A stretch of DNA of 64,000 bases from a virus. Its lineage: Duplodnaviria; Caudoviricetes. Below the pieces are notes generated by a model. The model was given only the letters and a program-made list of their open reading frames with translations, was not told the origin of the DNA and did not search any database. The stretch's first letter is position 1, and each line of letters opens with the position of its first letter. The stretch is from positions 64,001 to 128,000 of IMG/VR virus record IMGVR_UViG_3300020576_006967; one strand, written 5' to 3'. The position numbers and the translations under genes are program-made. This document shows, piece after piece, positions 17,043 to 27,379 of this stretch.

Positions 17043-17044
17043 AA

Positions 17045-17524
17045 ATGTTTTATAATTGGCCACTACCTGGGGCGGACAGGTTTTCTTCTTACGCTGGTTC
17101 TTTTGGGGCGGTGCGTAAACATGACATACACACTGGCATAGATATATACTGCGAGCCTAATCAAGTTTGTTGTTCTGTGGAAGCTGGAGAAGTGGTTAAA
17201 ATTGAAGTTTTTACTGGCCCAAATGCTGAACCACCAAGTCCTTGGTGGCATGAAACACACGCAATTTATGTTGAAGGTAAAACTGGCGTTATTGTGTATG
17301 GTGAGTTAAAGCCTATATCTTCTATGGTTGTTGGTAAAAAAATATCTGGCGGTCAAGTATTGGGACACATACAAACTGTGCTAAAAAAAGACAAAGGAAC
17401 TCCAATGACAATGCTTCATCTTGAACTGTATAAACCAGGTACCAGAGAAGCTGTTATTTGGAAATTAGATCAAGAAAAACCAGAAAGCCTTCTTGATCCA
17501 AGTGATATTTTTTTAAGAAGATAG
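17045..17524 (+). CDS. M23 family peptidase
   Basis: HTGID..G.V..GQVLG..MLHLE..DP. Confidence 0.75.
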   Translation: MFYNWPLPGADRFSSYAGSFGAVRKHDIHTGIDIYCEPNQVCCSVEAGEVVKIEVFTGPNAEPPSPWWHETHAIYVEGKTGVIVYGELKPISSMVVGKKISGGQVLGHIQTVLKKDKGTPMTMLHLELYKPGTREAVIWKLDQEKPESLLDPSDIFLRR

Positions 17525-17556
17525 AACTTTTTTTAAAATTTTACGTATAATATAAT

Positions 17557-18468
17557 ATGAAAATACTTTTCCCAAGCAGTCCTCTTAGTTTTAAAGAGGT
17601 TGACGATAATTTTACTGGTGAACTACATGCTGCAAAACTTGTTGGCTTTGATTGGTTTTTATTTGATCACGATGAGTTTGTGAGAACTGGAAAATTGAAA
17701 ACAAATATTAAAGAAAAAAAAGAAAATAAAGAACAAATTATATTAAGAGGTTGGATGTTACAAGCTGAACAATATTATGAATTGTATTGCCAACTTGAGG
17801 AACAATATGGGTTGCTTTTGATTAATAACCCAGATCAATATTTAAATTGTCATTATTTTCCGAATGCTTATCAACATATAATGGAACACACTTCTAAAAG
17901 TTGGTGGTCTGGTGATTGGAATGGGCGTGAAGATTCAAACAAACCAGAAGATATTAGTTGGGGACCCGTAAGGAGCCTTTTAGATAATAGCGATCTTATT
18001 ATTAAGGATTATGTAAAATCAGCAAAGGGTGAACCTGAACTTTTTATTCTTGGTAAAGAATTAAACAATGAAGATTTTGGTAAAAGAGTTGGTAGGTTTA
18101 TTGAAGCTAGAGGAAAATTATTTAATAAAGGAATAGTTTTAAAAAAAGTTGAAAAACTGAAACTATATGAAAACCAGACAAATGAGTATAGGTTCTTTTT
18201 TATTAACAAAAAAATGTTTATGTTTGGATATAATTCAGAAGATGTTAGCATAAAAGCATCAATGCCAACATTTGACATGGTTTCAATTTTAATGAAGGTG
18301 GCAAAAAATATTGAAAGTGATTTCTTCACAATAGATATTGCAGAGAAAGAAGATGGAACTTGGATGATTTTAGAAACTGGCGATGGTCAAGTGTCTGGTT
18401 TGCCAAGCAAACAAGATGAAATAAAATTTTATAATACATTAAATAACACCTTAAGTGGTGTAGAATAA
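17557..18468 (+). CDS. ATP-grasp protein (R2K-like clade)
   Basis: RGWML, KDYVKS, EYRFF, FFTIDIA..ILETGDGQVSG. Confidence 0.75.
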   Translation: MKILFPSSPLSFKEVDDNFTGELHAAKLVGFDWFLFDHDEFVRTGKLKTNIKEKKENKEQIILRGWMLQAEQYYELYCQLEEQYGLLLINNPDQYLNCHYFPNAYQHIMEHTSKSWWSGDWNGREDSNKPEDISWGPVRSLLDNSDLIIKDYVKSAKGEPELFILGKELNNEDFGKRVGRFIEARGKLFNKGIVLKKVEKLKLYENQTNEYRFFFINKKMFMFGYNSEDVSIKASMPTFDMVSILMKVAKNIESDFFTIDIAEKEDGTWMILETGDGQVSGLPSKQDEIKFYNTLNNTLSGVE

Positions 18469-18960
18469 ATGGGAACAAGACAAACAGTTAAGATAGGTCC
18501 ATATTTGGAAGTTACTGGAAAAGTAAAAATAGAAGAAGAATTGCGAGTTTTGACATGCAGCAATAGTGAATGTGTTAAGCATAAAAAAAATGAAGCAATT
18601 AAGACTAATTGCTGTCCTGAATGTGGAACCAAAACAAGTATTAAGCAATATATCAATATTGAGGAGTGCGATGTAAATAAATATGTTTGTAACTATGATG
18701 AATCAAATATATTTGAGGATAATCTTATATCTTATAATTATTTAGATGGGTCGATTTTATTGCCAAATGAAGCATGGACAGAAAAAAATATGGGATTTGA
18801 TTCATATGAAAGTGGGGTCATAGATTTAAATGACGTAGATTCAAAGACTGGCATTGAATGGTTTGAAAAAAAATATGACAAACAAATAGAAATTTTGAAA
18901 AAAATTTTTGGAGAAGAGGTTGTCAAGGTAAAATTTGGATTAATAAGTTACTGCAATTAA
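18469..18960 (+). CDS. Hypothetical zinc-ribbon protein
   Basis: CSNSEC..CPECG. Confidence 0.55.
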   Translation: MGTRQTVKIGPYLEVTGKVKIEEELRVLTCSNSECVKHKKNEAIKTNCCPECGTKTSIKQYINIEECDVNKYVCNYDESNIFEDNLISYNYLDGSILLPNEAWTEKNMGFDSYESGVIDLNDVDSKTGIEWFEKKYDKQIEILKKIFGEEVVKVKFGLISYCN

Positions 18961-18987
18961 TTAAAAAATAGATATACAAATAACAAT

Positions 18988-20928
18988 ATGACAGTACAAT
19001 TAAAGCATTCATTTGGAATAATAGAATTTACGAGAGCGGGAAATGCGTATTTAATTTCAGAAAGTAAAAAAATAAATAAAGACGTTTTCATCCCAAGAGG
19101 AAGAACTGGAGAGGCCTTTAATGGAGATACGGTATTCGTTGCATTTAAACCTGGTAGAATTCCAGGTGAAACAATTGGCCATGTTATAGGTGTAAAATCT
19201 AGGTTTAGAAATGACTATCTAGGTACTTGTGAAATAAATGATGAAACGGGCGAGTTTGTAGTTAAAGCTACTTCTAAAAAATTTCCAATAGAATTTACAA
19301 TTCCAAAGCTTTACATAGGTCTAGCTAAGGTTGGAGACAAAGTTTCTGTTAAATTAAGTAAGTGGGATAAAAAATTAAACAAGCCTATCGGTCTTATCAA
19401 AGAAGTGTTGGGTAAAGCTGGTTTACACTCTACTGAAATGAAGGCGATTTTACTTGAAAACAATATTGAATCTAAATTTCCAGATTCAGTAATGAAAGAA
19501 GCGGAAGAAATTAACTTTGAAATTGATGCTGAAGAAATTGCTAAAAGAGAGGATTTTAGAGAGGTTGTTTGTTTAACAATTGATCCAAAGGATGCTAAAG
19601 ATTTTGATGATGCTTTATCTTTTAAAAAAATTGACAACAACATTTATGAAGTTGGAGTCCATATTGCAGACGTTTCTCATTATATGAAACCAGAAAGCGA
19701 GTTGGATGTAGAAGCTTACAGAAGATCAACATCCACATATTTAGTCGATAGATGCATTCCAATGCTTCCAGAGAGGCTTTCAAATGGAGTGTGCTCTCTT
19801 AGACCAAATGAAGAAAAATTGTGTTTCTCAGCTATTTTTATGTTGTCTTACACTGATCCAAGTGTAAACGGGCCAGCAAGAGCAAAAATTATAAATTCTA
19901 GATTTGCTAGAACTGTAATTAAGTCTGGAAAAAGATATTCATATGAAGATGCTCAGGAATTAATTGAAAACACAACACAAGCAGTCGATAATTATGATTG
20001 GGCAGTTCTTACATTAAATTTATTAGCAAAAGCATTAAGGACTGAAAGGTTTGAGCATGGCGCTGTGTCTTTTGAAAAACGTGAAGTGAAATTCAAGCTT
20101 GACGAAGATGGGTCGCCAATTGGTGTGTATTTTAAAGAATCAAAAGATTCAAATAAATTGATTGAAGAGTTTATGCTATTGGCTAATCAATCTGTAGCTA
20201 AATATATTGGGGAAAAAGATTTACCTTGTATATATAGAACCCATGCATTGCCATCTATGGAGCGTTTACAGGAGTTATCTATATTTGTTGAACAGTTTGG
20301 TTACACATTCAAAGTAAGCGAAGACGACGAGGCAAATAAAGAAGCTTTAAATAAATTACTTTTGGAAGTAAAAGGTTCAAATCATGCCAACATTATAGAA
20401 ACTGTAGCTGTTAGATCTATGTCAAAAGCTATTTACACAACAGCTGCACTTGGTCACTATGGTCTTGGATTTAAATATTATGGACATTTCACAAGTCCAA
20501 TTCGTAGATATCCAGATGTTATTTTACACAGATTGCTTGAAAGTTTGATGGCCACTGGAAACGTAGTTGCACCAAGGTTGCAAATTCAGTGTGATCATTG
20601 TTCTGAATTAGAAGGAAAAGCTGTAAAAGCAGAAAGAGATTCAATTAAGTTTAAACAAACAGAGTTTATGCAAAACAAAATTGGGCAAACATACGAAGGC
20701 GTTGTTTCTGGTGTTTCTAATTGGGGTTTACATGTAGAAATAAAAGAAAATGGGTGCGAAGGCATGATTGGAACTGGAGAAATGGGCGCTTTGGGTTATG
20801 TGCTTGATGAAAAAAATTATAAATTTATTAAAGAAAACAATGTAAAAATTTCTCTTGGAGACAAGGTGAATGTGAAAGTTTTCGGTGTAAATTTAACGAA
20901 GAGACAAATTGATCTTAATTTAATTTAA
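18988..20928 (+). CDS. rnr: Ribonuclease R (RNB family)
   Basis: TIDPKDAKDFDDALS, VHIADVS, HFTSPIRRYPD, C-terminal S1 domain. Confidence 0.92.
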   Translation: MTVQLKHSFGIIEFTRAGNAYLISESKKINKDVFIPRGRTGEAFNGDTVFVAFKPGRIPGETIGHVIGVKSRFRNDYLGTCEINDETGEFVVKATSKKFPIEFTIPKLYIGLAKVGDKVSVKLSKWDKKLNKPIGLIKEVLGKAGLHSTEMKAILLENNIESKFPDSVMKEAEEINFEIDAEEIAKREDFREVVCLTIDPKDAKDFDDALSFKKIDNNIYEVGVHIADVSHYMKPESELDVEAYRRSTSTYLVDRCIPMLPERLSNGVCSLRPNEEKLCFSAIFMLSYTDPSVNGPARAKIINSRFARTVIKSGKRYSYEDAQELIENTTQAVDNYDWAVLTLNLLAKALRTERFEHGAVSFEKREVKFKLDEDGSPIGVYFKESKDSNKLIEEFMLLANQSVAKYIGEKDLPCIYRTHALPSMERLQELSIFVEQFGYTFKVSEDDEANKEALNKLLLEVKGSNHANIIETVAVRSMSKAIYTTAALGHYGLGFKYYGHFTSPIRRYPDVILHRLLESLMATGNVVAPRLQIQCDHCSELEGKAVKAERDSIKFKQTEFMQNKIGQTYEGVVSGVSNWGLHVEIKENGCEGMIGTGEMGALGYVLDEKNYKFIKENNVKISLGDKVNVKVFGVNLTKRQIDLNLI

Positions 20929-20929
20929 A

Positions 20930-21442
20930 TTGTCGAACAGTTCTGAAATAAAAAACAATTCTCAAAAAAGAGGATTAAACTACTGGTTAAAAATGACTTT
21001 TAAAAGTCGTATGGCCAGGTTGCACATTCGTCTTAAAGCCAGGAGAAGACTAGCGTTTTATATAAAAATGCCAGAAATAAACAACATGCAAAAAAGAACA
21101 ATTGAGTTGTTTATGACTTTGTTGAAAAGTAAAGAGACAAGTTTAAATTTTTCTCCAGAATCTAAAATACGCTTTATAGAATCAAACACAATTTGGGTTA
21201 CTATGAGTAGTGTTTCTGATAGTCAGTGTGTAATTAATATTATTGATGAAGGCACTCAAGACGAGGCGCATTCTCATGAGGTTACAATACCAAGAGAATA
21301 TGCTTTTAATATGATGGATGAATTTGATCTTGAGCTTGAAAAAAGATTTAGAGGCATTGAGGCCGCTAAAAAAAGAATTGTCGTAGATGATCTTGATAAG
21401 CTTATAAAACAAGTAAAGTCAGAACAAAACAATGGAAGATAG
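20930..21442 (+). CDS. Hypothetical protein
   Basis: ORF track. Confidence 0.55.
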   Translation: MSNSSEIKNNSQKRGLNYWLKMTFKSRMARLHIRLKARRRLAFYIKMPEINNMQKRTIELFMTLLKSKETSLNFSPESKIRFIESNTIWVTMSSVSDSQCVINIIDEGTQDEAHSHEVTIPREYAFNMMDEFDLELEKRFRGIEAAKKRIVVDDLDKLIKQVKSEQNNGR

Positions 21443-21818
21443 GCCACCACTAGATAAATCAAATAAAATTTATACTTTAACCCCAAGGTTTATTACAAAT
21501 TTTATTGCTTATTATAGAAAAATAAGACTCAAAAGATATAAGCACAAAAAAATCAAAGAAGCAAAAACCACATTTGATAGAAATTATTTTATTAAATTTA
21601 AATTGAAGCTTAATGACTCGTTAAATCCGCAAATAAGTGATTTTGAATATGAAACTGTTATTCCAGCAAAAGCAATATATTTTGCGAAGCTTTTTCTAGA
21701 GCGTGACATTAAAAATAAAATTTCAATTGATGTTACAAGCTGGGAAGAAATGAGTGAGGAAGAACATGAAGAATTTCAAAACTCAATTAAAGAACACATT
21801 GAATCCAAAGGCAATTAA
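21432..21818 (+). CDS. Hypothetical protein
   Basis: ORF track. Confidence 0.55.
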   Translation: MEDRPPLDKSNKIYTLTPRFITNFIAYYRKIRLKRYKHKKIKEAKTTFDRNYFIKFKLKLNDSLNPQISDFEYETVIPAKAIYFAKLFLERDIKNKISIDVTSWEEMSEEEHEEFQNSIKEHIESKGN

Positions 21819-24067
21819 TTAAGTGGGTTTACAAAAGATTCATCAAGCAGCATTTCTTTTAATGATGTTTGTCTTTCTTCGTAATGAAAATTGTTTACAG
21901 CTGTCTCTAGGGCTTTTCTCTGGCCAACAAATACTGCAAATTTTTTAGCTCTAGTAAGGCCTGTGTAAATTAAATTTCTAAACAACATTCTGTAGTATTG
22001 ATTCATAACTGGCAATATAACACAATCAAATTCAGAACCCTGAGCTTTGTGTATTGATATTGAATACGCTAAATCTAAATCTAGAATATCGCTTCTTTTA
22101 TATTCTACTTCACGATCAGAAAACTTTACTGTAAGTTCATTTGTGCTTGCGTAAACATCAATTATTTTTCCGATGTCTCCATTGTATACCTCTAAATCGT
22201 AATTGTTTTTAGTGTGTATAACTTTATCTCCCTCTCTTAAAATTCTATCTTTAAGTTTTATTTCACCCTTATCACTTGATGGTGGATTTACAATTGATTG
22301 AATTTTTGCATTCATTTTTGCGTTTCCGAGATCTCCAACATTCATTGGGATAAGTATTTGTATTTCCTTTTCTTTGCCTAAATATTTTGGAAGACTCTCC
22401 ATGTAAAGTTTAACAGTCATGTCTATTACATCCAAACCGTATCTTAAAGAAGACCAGGCTGGGAATTTGGTTTTATCATAACCAGATTCGGCTAGACCAG
22501 AATCTACAAAAACACAATCAGTTCCATTTGTCCAAAGTTCAGGGTTTAACAAGGGGGTTTCTATGTTTGGTATTGATCCAGTGTTTATATCGTGTGCATA
22601 TTTTATAATTAAAGATTCCTTTCCTTGTCTAAAAATTTTATTAATTTTAAATATAGGAACAACACCGCTGTTAATTAAATCTTTGAAAAAATTACCTGGC
22701 CCAACTGGCTCTAATTGATCAGAGTCGCCGATAAAAATTATTTGAGCGTCATATGGTGTTGCTCTTAATAAAGCCGCAGCTAGATTAATGTCTTTCATAG
22801 AAGATTCATCAATAATTATGACATCTGCATTTATTGTATTGTTTTCATTTTTTAAAAAACCTCCATTTATGTGATCCCATGAAAGAAGTCTGTGTATCGT
22901 GGTGGCTTCCATTCCTATAACTTCAGTCATTCTTTTTGCAGCTCTACCAGTTGGCGCTGCCAAAACAATGTCTTTGCCAAGATCTAACAAAATGTCCACA
23001 ACTTTTTTAGTTATTGTGCTTTTTCCAGTTCCAGGACCGCCAGTTAAAATAGAAATACCGCACCCTAAAACGCCTTTTACTGCAGAAGTCTGTTCGTCAC
23101 TTAATTGTATTTTATCATTGTTACTGTTTAATAAATCTTCGTGGACATGCACTTTGCTATTGTTTTGCATTAAGGCGTGCACTTTTTCGCAACAATAAGT
23201 TTCATTGAAATAAACTTTTCTTTCGTAATACCTTTTTTCCCCTCTTTTTACGGTAAGCGTTTTTATCTCTTGCTTTTGTTCCATTGCATCTAGCAACAAT
23301 TCAAAATTAGGTTTTTCAGCAATGTTTAAAAGTTCTAAAGACTTTGATGAGATTTGTGATAGTAATAAATAACAGTGACCTTCATTCGTGGCTTGTTCTA
23401 GAACAAAGTTGATTGATGCCTTTATTCTTTGTGGACTATCTTCTTTAAAGCCTGCTTTAAGAGCTATTTTATCAGCTGTCATGAAACCTATTCCAGAAAT
23501 ATCACTTGTTAGTTTGTAGGGATTATTTAAAATTTGAGCTACGCAATTTTTACCATAAAATTCATATATTTTTGTTGCATACAGACTTGTTATGCCATGT
23601 TGTTGAAGAAAGATCATAATGCCATTCATTTCATTGTTTTTCTCCCAGGTTTCCTTTATAGCTTTTAGTTTTGCTTTTGAAATTCCTGGTACTTTTAACA
23701 TTTCATCTGGGTTTTCATTTAGTGTTTTTATAACATCTTCACCAAAGTGTTCTACAATTCTGTTGGCGATAACTGGGCCAATACCAGAAAAAAAGCTAGA
23801 CTGTAAATACGATCTTAATCCTTCTTTGCTAGAAGGCTGTTTTTCAATTGCAAAAGTCGCCTTAAATTGTTTGCCAAATTTTGGATGAGCAGTCCACTCA
23901 CCCTGGAATTCGTATGTGCAGCCTTCGTGTATGTTTGGTTGAGTAATTGTGATCTTTGTATCTTTCTTCATTTCAAGCGTTTCCACACTTAAAACATAAT
24001 AATTATTTTCTTCGTTTAAATAGAGTATTTTCTCAATTACGCCCGTAACTTTTTCTTCTTTTTGCAT
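21815..24067 (-). CDS. recD2: RecD2-like SF1B helicase
   Basis: HhH GIGP, GGPGTGKS, APTGRAA, IIDESSM, IHKAQGSE, YTGLTRA. Confidence 0.92.
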   Translation of the reverse strand: MQKEEKVTGVIEKILYLNEENNYYVLSVETLEMKKDTKITITQPNIHEGCTYEFQGEWTAHPKFGKQFKATFAIEKQPSSKEGLRSYLQSSFFSGIGPVIANRIVEHFGEDVIKTLNENPDEMLKVPGISKAKLKAIKETWEKNNEMNGIMIFLQQHGITSLYATKIYEFYGKNCVAQILNNPYKLTSDISGIGFMTADKIALKAGFKEDSPQRIKASINFVLEQATNEGHCYLLLSQISSKSLELLNIAEKPNFELLLDAMEQKQEIKTLTVKRGEKRYYERKVYFNETYCCEKVHALMQNNSKVHVHEDLLNSNNDKIQLSDEQTSAVKGVLGCGISILTGGPGTGKSTITKKVVDILLDLGKDIVLAAPTGRAAKRMTEVIGMEATTIHRLLSWDHINGGFLKNENNTINADVIIIDESSMKDINLAAALLRATPYDAQIIFIGDSDQLEPVGPGNFFKDLINSGVVPIFKINKIFRQGKESLIIKYAHDINTGSIPNIETPLLNPELWTNGTDCVFVDSGLAESGYDKTKFPAWSSLRYGLDVIDMTVKLYMESLPKYLGKEKEIQILIPMNVGDLGNAKMNAKIQSIVNPPSSDKGEIKLKDRILREGDKVIHTKNNYDLEVYNGDIGKIIDVYASTNELTVKFSDREVEYKRSDILDLDLAYSISIHKAQGSEFDCVILPVMNQYYRMLFRNLIYTGLTRAKKFAVFVGQRKALETAVNNFHYEERQTSLKEMLLDESFVNPLN

Positions 24068-24156
24068 AGTCCAAATGTAGTTAATTTGTCTGGGATTTAC
24101 AATAAAATTTGGTAATTATTAATTTAATGTTTAAATTCGTGATATAAAAAAATACA

Positions 24157-24375
24157 ATGACTTCAAAAAAAATAATCAAAATCCTTAAAGATAAATTTCC
24201 AAAAAAAGAAATTATAGGTATTCGTGGTTTAACAAAGGTGGGAGAGCACGACTTCAGCTTTAGATATGTATTTAGAAGCGGCGATCATTTATCAATTAGT
24301 GATTTGATGACATTGACAGAGCAAAAAGAAAAAACAAAAAAAGATAGTAAAAAACAAAAAAGCACGGTTAAATAA
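24157..24375 (+). CDS. Hypothetical protein
   Basis: ORF track. Confidence 0.5.
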   Translation: MTSKKIIKILKDKFPKKEIIGIRGLTKVGEHDFSFRYVFRSGDHLSISDLMTLTEQKEKTKKDSKKQKSTVK

Positions 24376-26142
24376 ATGAGCAAATTTCTGGAAGACTGGT
24401 GCTTGCCATTATATTTTTATGATGGAAAGGATGACCCTAAAATAAAAGAAGACCTAGACAGGTTTAAAGATAAGTGTGAAAATTATATTAAAAAATATGA
24501 AGGCAACATTGCTAAATTATCTGATGAGGAATTTTTAATTTTTTTAGAAGATTCTGATAATCTACAAATTGAAGAAACTAAAATAAGTTTTTATTTTGAA
24601 CTTTTGATCTCTTTAAACAATCACGACGAAAGCACTCAGAAAGAAATTACAAAATATGGAAAAATATTCTCAGAATACTTTTCAAAGCTTTTTTTTGTTG
24701 ATGAAGAATATAAAAAAATAGGTTACAGCAACCTTATTTTAAAATCTGAAACAAAACTATTTGAACCTTTTAAAAATTATCTAATTTCTCTTGCAAAAGA
24801 CTTAAAACACGTATTAAGCCCAGAAGAGGAGAAGATTTATATTAAATTAGACAATGCTTCAAGTACAAATATGTACGAAGAACTTACAACATCTTTTGAG
24901 TTTACGTTTAATGATAAAATAATTGGCGAATCTGAAATTTTTGATTTAAGACAACATAAAAATAGGACTATAAGAAAAAAAGCTTATGAAAGCATAGCAA
25001 GGGTTTATGGAAACAAAAATAATCAAATTGTTCTTGGAAATTTATATAGCATTGTTTGCAAGCAAGACATAGTAGATTTAGAAATTAGAAAATATAATTC
25101 AGTAATGACCTCAAGAAATATTTCTGAAGAGGTTGAAGATGTTACTGTAGATATATTAATTGATACAGTTGAAAAAAATTATCCTTTATATCATAAGTTT
25201 TTGAAAAAAAAGAAAGCTGTGATAGGGTTAGAAAAAATGTTTGTTTATGACGTACCTGCTTCAATTCCAAAAGAAAAAAACTCACAACATAAATTAGCCT
25301 TTAGAGATGGGTGGAAAATATACAAAGATACAATTCAAAAGGTCGATCCTGAGTTGGCTAAATTTTCAGAGGAAATGCTTCTTGGCGGTAGAATGTCAAT
25401 GTTCCCAAAGCCAGGAAAGTCAAGAGGGGCATTTGCTCAATATTCGAAGCACACACAACAGTTTGTATTATTAAATTGGACTGATTCTGTGAGTGATATA
25501 TTTACAATGGCGCATGAACTAGGTCATGCTTTTCATGGACATTTATCTAAGGGGCAGAAAAATCTTGTTTATGATACGCCTTTAATTTTGGCAGAAACAG
25601 CGTCAATTTTTAATGAGACTTTAATGTTTGAAACAATGTTAAAGGAAATTGTTGACAAAGATGAACGTAGGAGAATAATTTGTGATCGTTTAAATGATTT
25701 GTTTTTAACCATATTTAAGCAGGTTGCATATACAATATTTGAAAAAAGGTGCCATGAGTGCTTTTTAAAAAACCAACCATTGACTTACTCCGACTACAAC
25801 AAAATGTGGATGGAAGAAATGGTAAAGCTTTACGGCAAAGACGTGGATGTTAACCCAGAAATAACACAACATGGCTGGTCTTCTATATCTCACATTTATG
25901 ATACACCATTTTATTGCTATACATATGCGTTTGGCAACATAATAAGTTTGAATCTATATCAAAACTACAAAAATTCAAAAGATAAAAATGATTTTATAAA
26001 AAAATACCACAAACTACTTTCTTCAGGTGGTTCAGATACTCCAGAGAATCTTTTGTATAAAATTTTTAAAATAAAATTTGATGAAAAATTTTATCAAATA
26101 GCATTTGACAACATTAAGGACTTAATTAAAAAAATAAAATAA
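24376..26142 (+). CDS. pepF: Oligoendopeptidase F (M3B)
   Basis: GKSRGAF, HELGHAFH, AETAS, FYCYTYAFG. Confidence 0.85.
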   Translation: MSKFLEDWCLPLYFYDGKDDPKIKEDLDRFKDKCENYIKKYEGNIAKLSDEEFLIFLEDSDNLQIEETKISFYFELLISLNNHDESTQKEITKYGKIFSEYFSKLFFVDEEYKKIGYSNLILKSETKLFEPFKNYLISLAKDLKHVLSPEEEKIYIKLDNASSTNMYEELTTSFEFTFNDKIIGESEIFDLRQHKNRTIRKKAYESIARVYGNKNNQIVLGNLYSIVCKQDIVDLEIRKYNSVMTSRNISEEVEDVTVDILIDTVEKNYPLYHKFLKKKKAVIGLEKMFVYDVPASIPKEKNSQHKLAFRDGWKIYKDTIQKVDPELAKFSEEMLLGGRMSMFPKPGKSRGAFAQYSKHTQQFVLLNWTDSVSDIFTMAHELGHAFHGHLSKGQKNLVYDTPLILAETASIFNETLMFETMLKEIVDKDERRRIICDRLNDLFLTIFKQVAYTIFEKRCHECFLKNQPLTYSDYNKMWMEEMVKLYGKDVDVNPEITQHGWSSISHIYDTPFYCYTYAFGNIISLNLYQNYKNSKDKNDFIKKYHKLLSSGGSDTPENLLYKIFKIKFDEKFYQIAFDNIKDLIKKIK

Positions 26143-26143
26143 C

Positions 26144-26638
26144 ATGAAAAAAGAAACAATACAAAAATTTTTAGATGCTGGCAAATTAAAAGAATTAGAA
26201 TTCTGTAAATTATTTTCAGATGATGATGTGGTTTTAGCAACACCAGAACAAGACATGAAAGAACATTGGGATGTAATGATTCGTGGAACAAAGTACGATG
26301 TGAAAGGAATAAAGAAAGTAAATAGAAACGATAACGAAGGAAACGAAGATATTCATTGGCTGGAAATTAAAAATGTGAACAAACAAACTGGGTGGGCATA
26401 TGGCGGTGCAGATAGATTTGCTTTTGAAGTTAAAGATTATTGGATATTGGTTGAAAAATCAGATTTACAAGGTTTTATTTCTGAAAATGTAAATAAAAAA
26501 GTAATTGTTAGTAAGCCAGAACTTTATCATTTATACAGAAGAAACGGAAGACAAGACCTTATAGTCCTTGTAAAAACAATGGATTTGTGTTATTTGTCGA
26601 CGGAAATTATAAAAAAACCCAGACAACTTGCACAATAA
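26144..26638 (+). CDS. PD-(D/E)xK nuclease-like protein
   Basis: E..HWD..DVKG..WLEIKNV..GW. Confidence 0.55.
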   Translation: MKKETIQKFLDAGKLKELEFCKLFSDDDVVLATPEQDMKEHWDVMIRGTKYDVKGIKKVNRNDNEGNEDIHWLEIKNVNKQTGWAYGGADRFAFEVKDYWILVEKSDLQGFISENVNKKVIVSKPELYHLYRRNGRQDLIVLVKTMDLCYLSTEIIKKPRQLAQ

Positions 26639-26662
26639 AAAATAAATCATTAAATTTATAAC

Positions 26663-27379
26663 ATGAAAAAGAAATTGGTTGTTTTAAGTGGTGCGGGTCT
26701 TGATACAGAGGCTGGAATACCAACTTTTAGAGATAGTAATGGCCTTTGGGAAAATTACAACGTTGAAGATGTGGCAAGTCCCAAAGGATGGATCTCAAAC
26801 CCAGAATTGGTTTTAAGATTTTACAACGAAAGAAGAAGGCAGTTGGCTAGCGTAGAACCTACAGAAGCGCACAAGTTATTTGTAAAGCTAGAAGAGTATT
26901 TTGATGTATATCACATTACTCAAAATATTTCAGATTTATTAGAAAGAGCTGGAGCTAAAAATATTTTGCATCTTCACGGAGAACTTGTAAAAGCAAAAAG
27001 TTCAAGTGGCCTTGGAGAAAGCAAATTTATTGGTTACGAAGACATAAATGTTGGTGACTTGTGTGAAGACGGATTTCAAATGAGGCCAGATATTGTGTGG
27101 TTTGGAGAAATGGTACCAATGATTAAAAAAGCAGAAGACATCACCTTGTTTTCAGATATTTTTGTTATAGTGGGTACTTCTCTAAATGTATACCCTGCGG
27201 CTGGATTGGTTGGTTGGAACGACCCAGAAGTTCCAATATACATTATTGATCCAACTAGCTCTTCACTAATTGCTAAAAGAGAACAATATACAACAGTGAT
27301 TAAAAAACCAGCTACAGAAGGCGTAGCAGAACTAATGGAAATATTACTTAAAAATTTAGAACCTAATGATCAAATTTAA
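26663..27379 (+). CDS. cobB: Sir2/CobB NAD-dependent deacylase
   Basis: GAGL..GIPTFR, TQN, HLHG, RPDIVWFGE, GTSLNVYPAA. Confidence 0.88.
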   Translation: MKKKLVVLSGAGLDTEAGIPTFRDSNGLWENYNVEDVASPKGWISNPELVLRFYNERRRQLASVEPTEAHKLFVKLEEYFDVYHITQNISDLLERAGAKNILHLHGELVKAKSSSGLGESKFIGYEDINVGDLCEDGFQMRPDIVWFGEMVPMIKKAEDITLFSDIFVIVGTSLNVYPAAGLVGWNDPEVPIYIIDPTSSSLIAKREQYTTVIKKPATEGVAELMEILLKNLEPNDQI

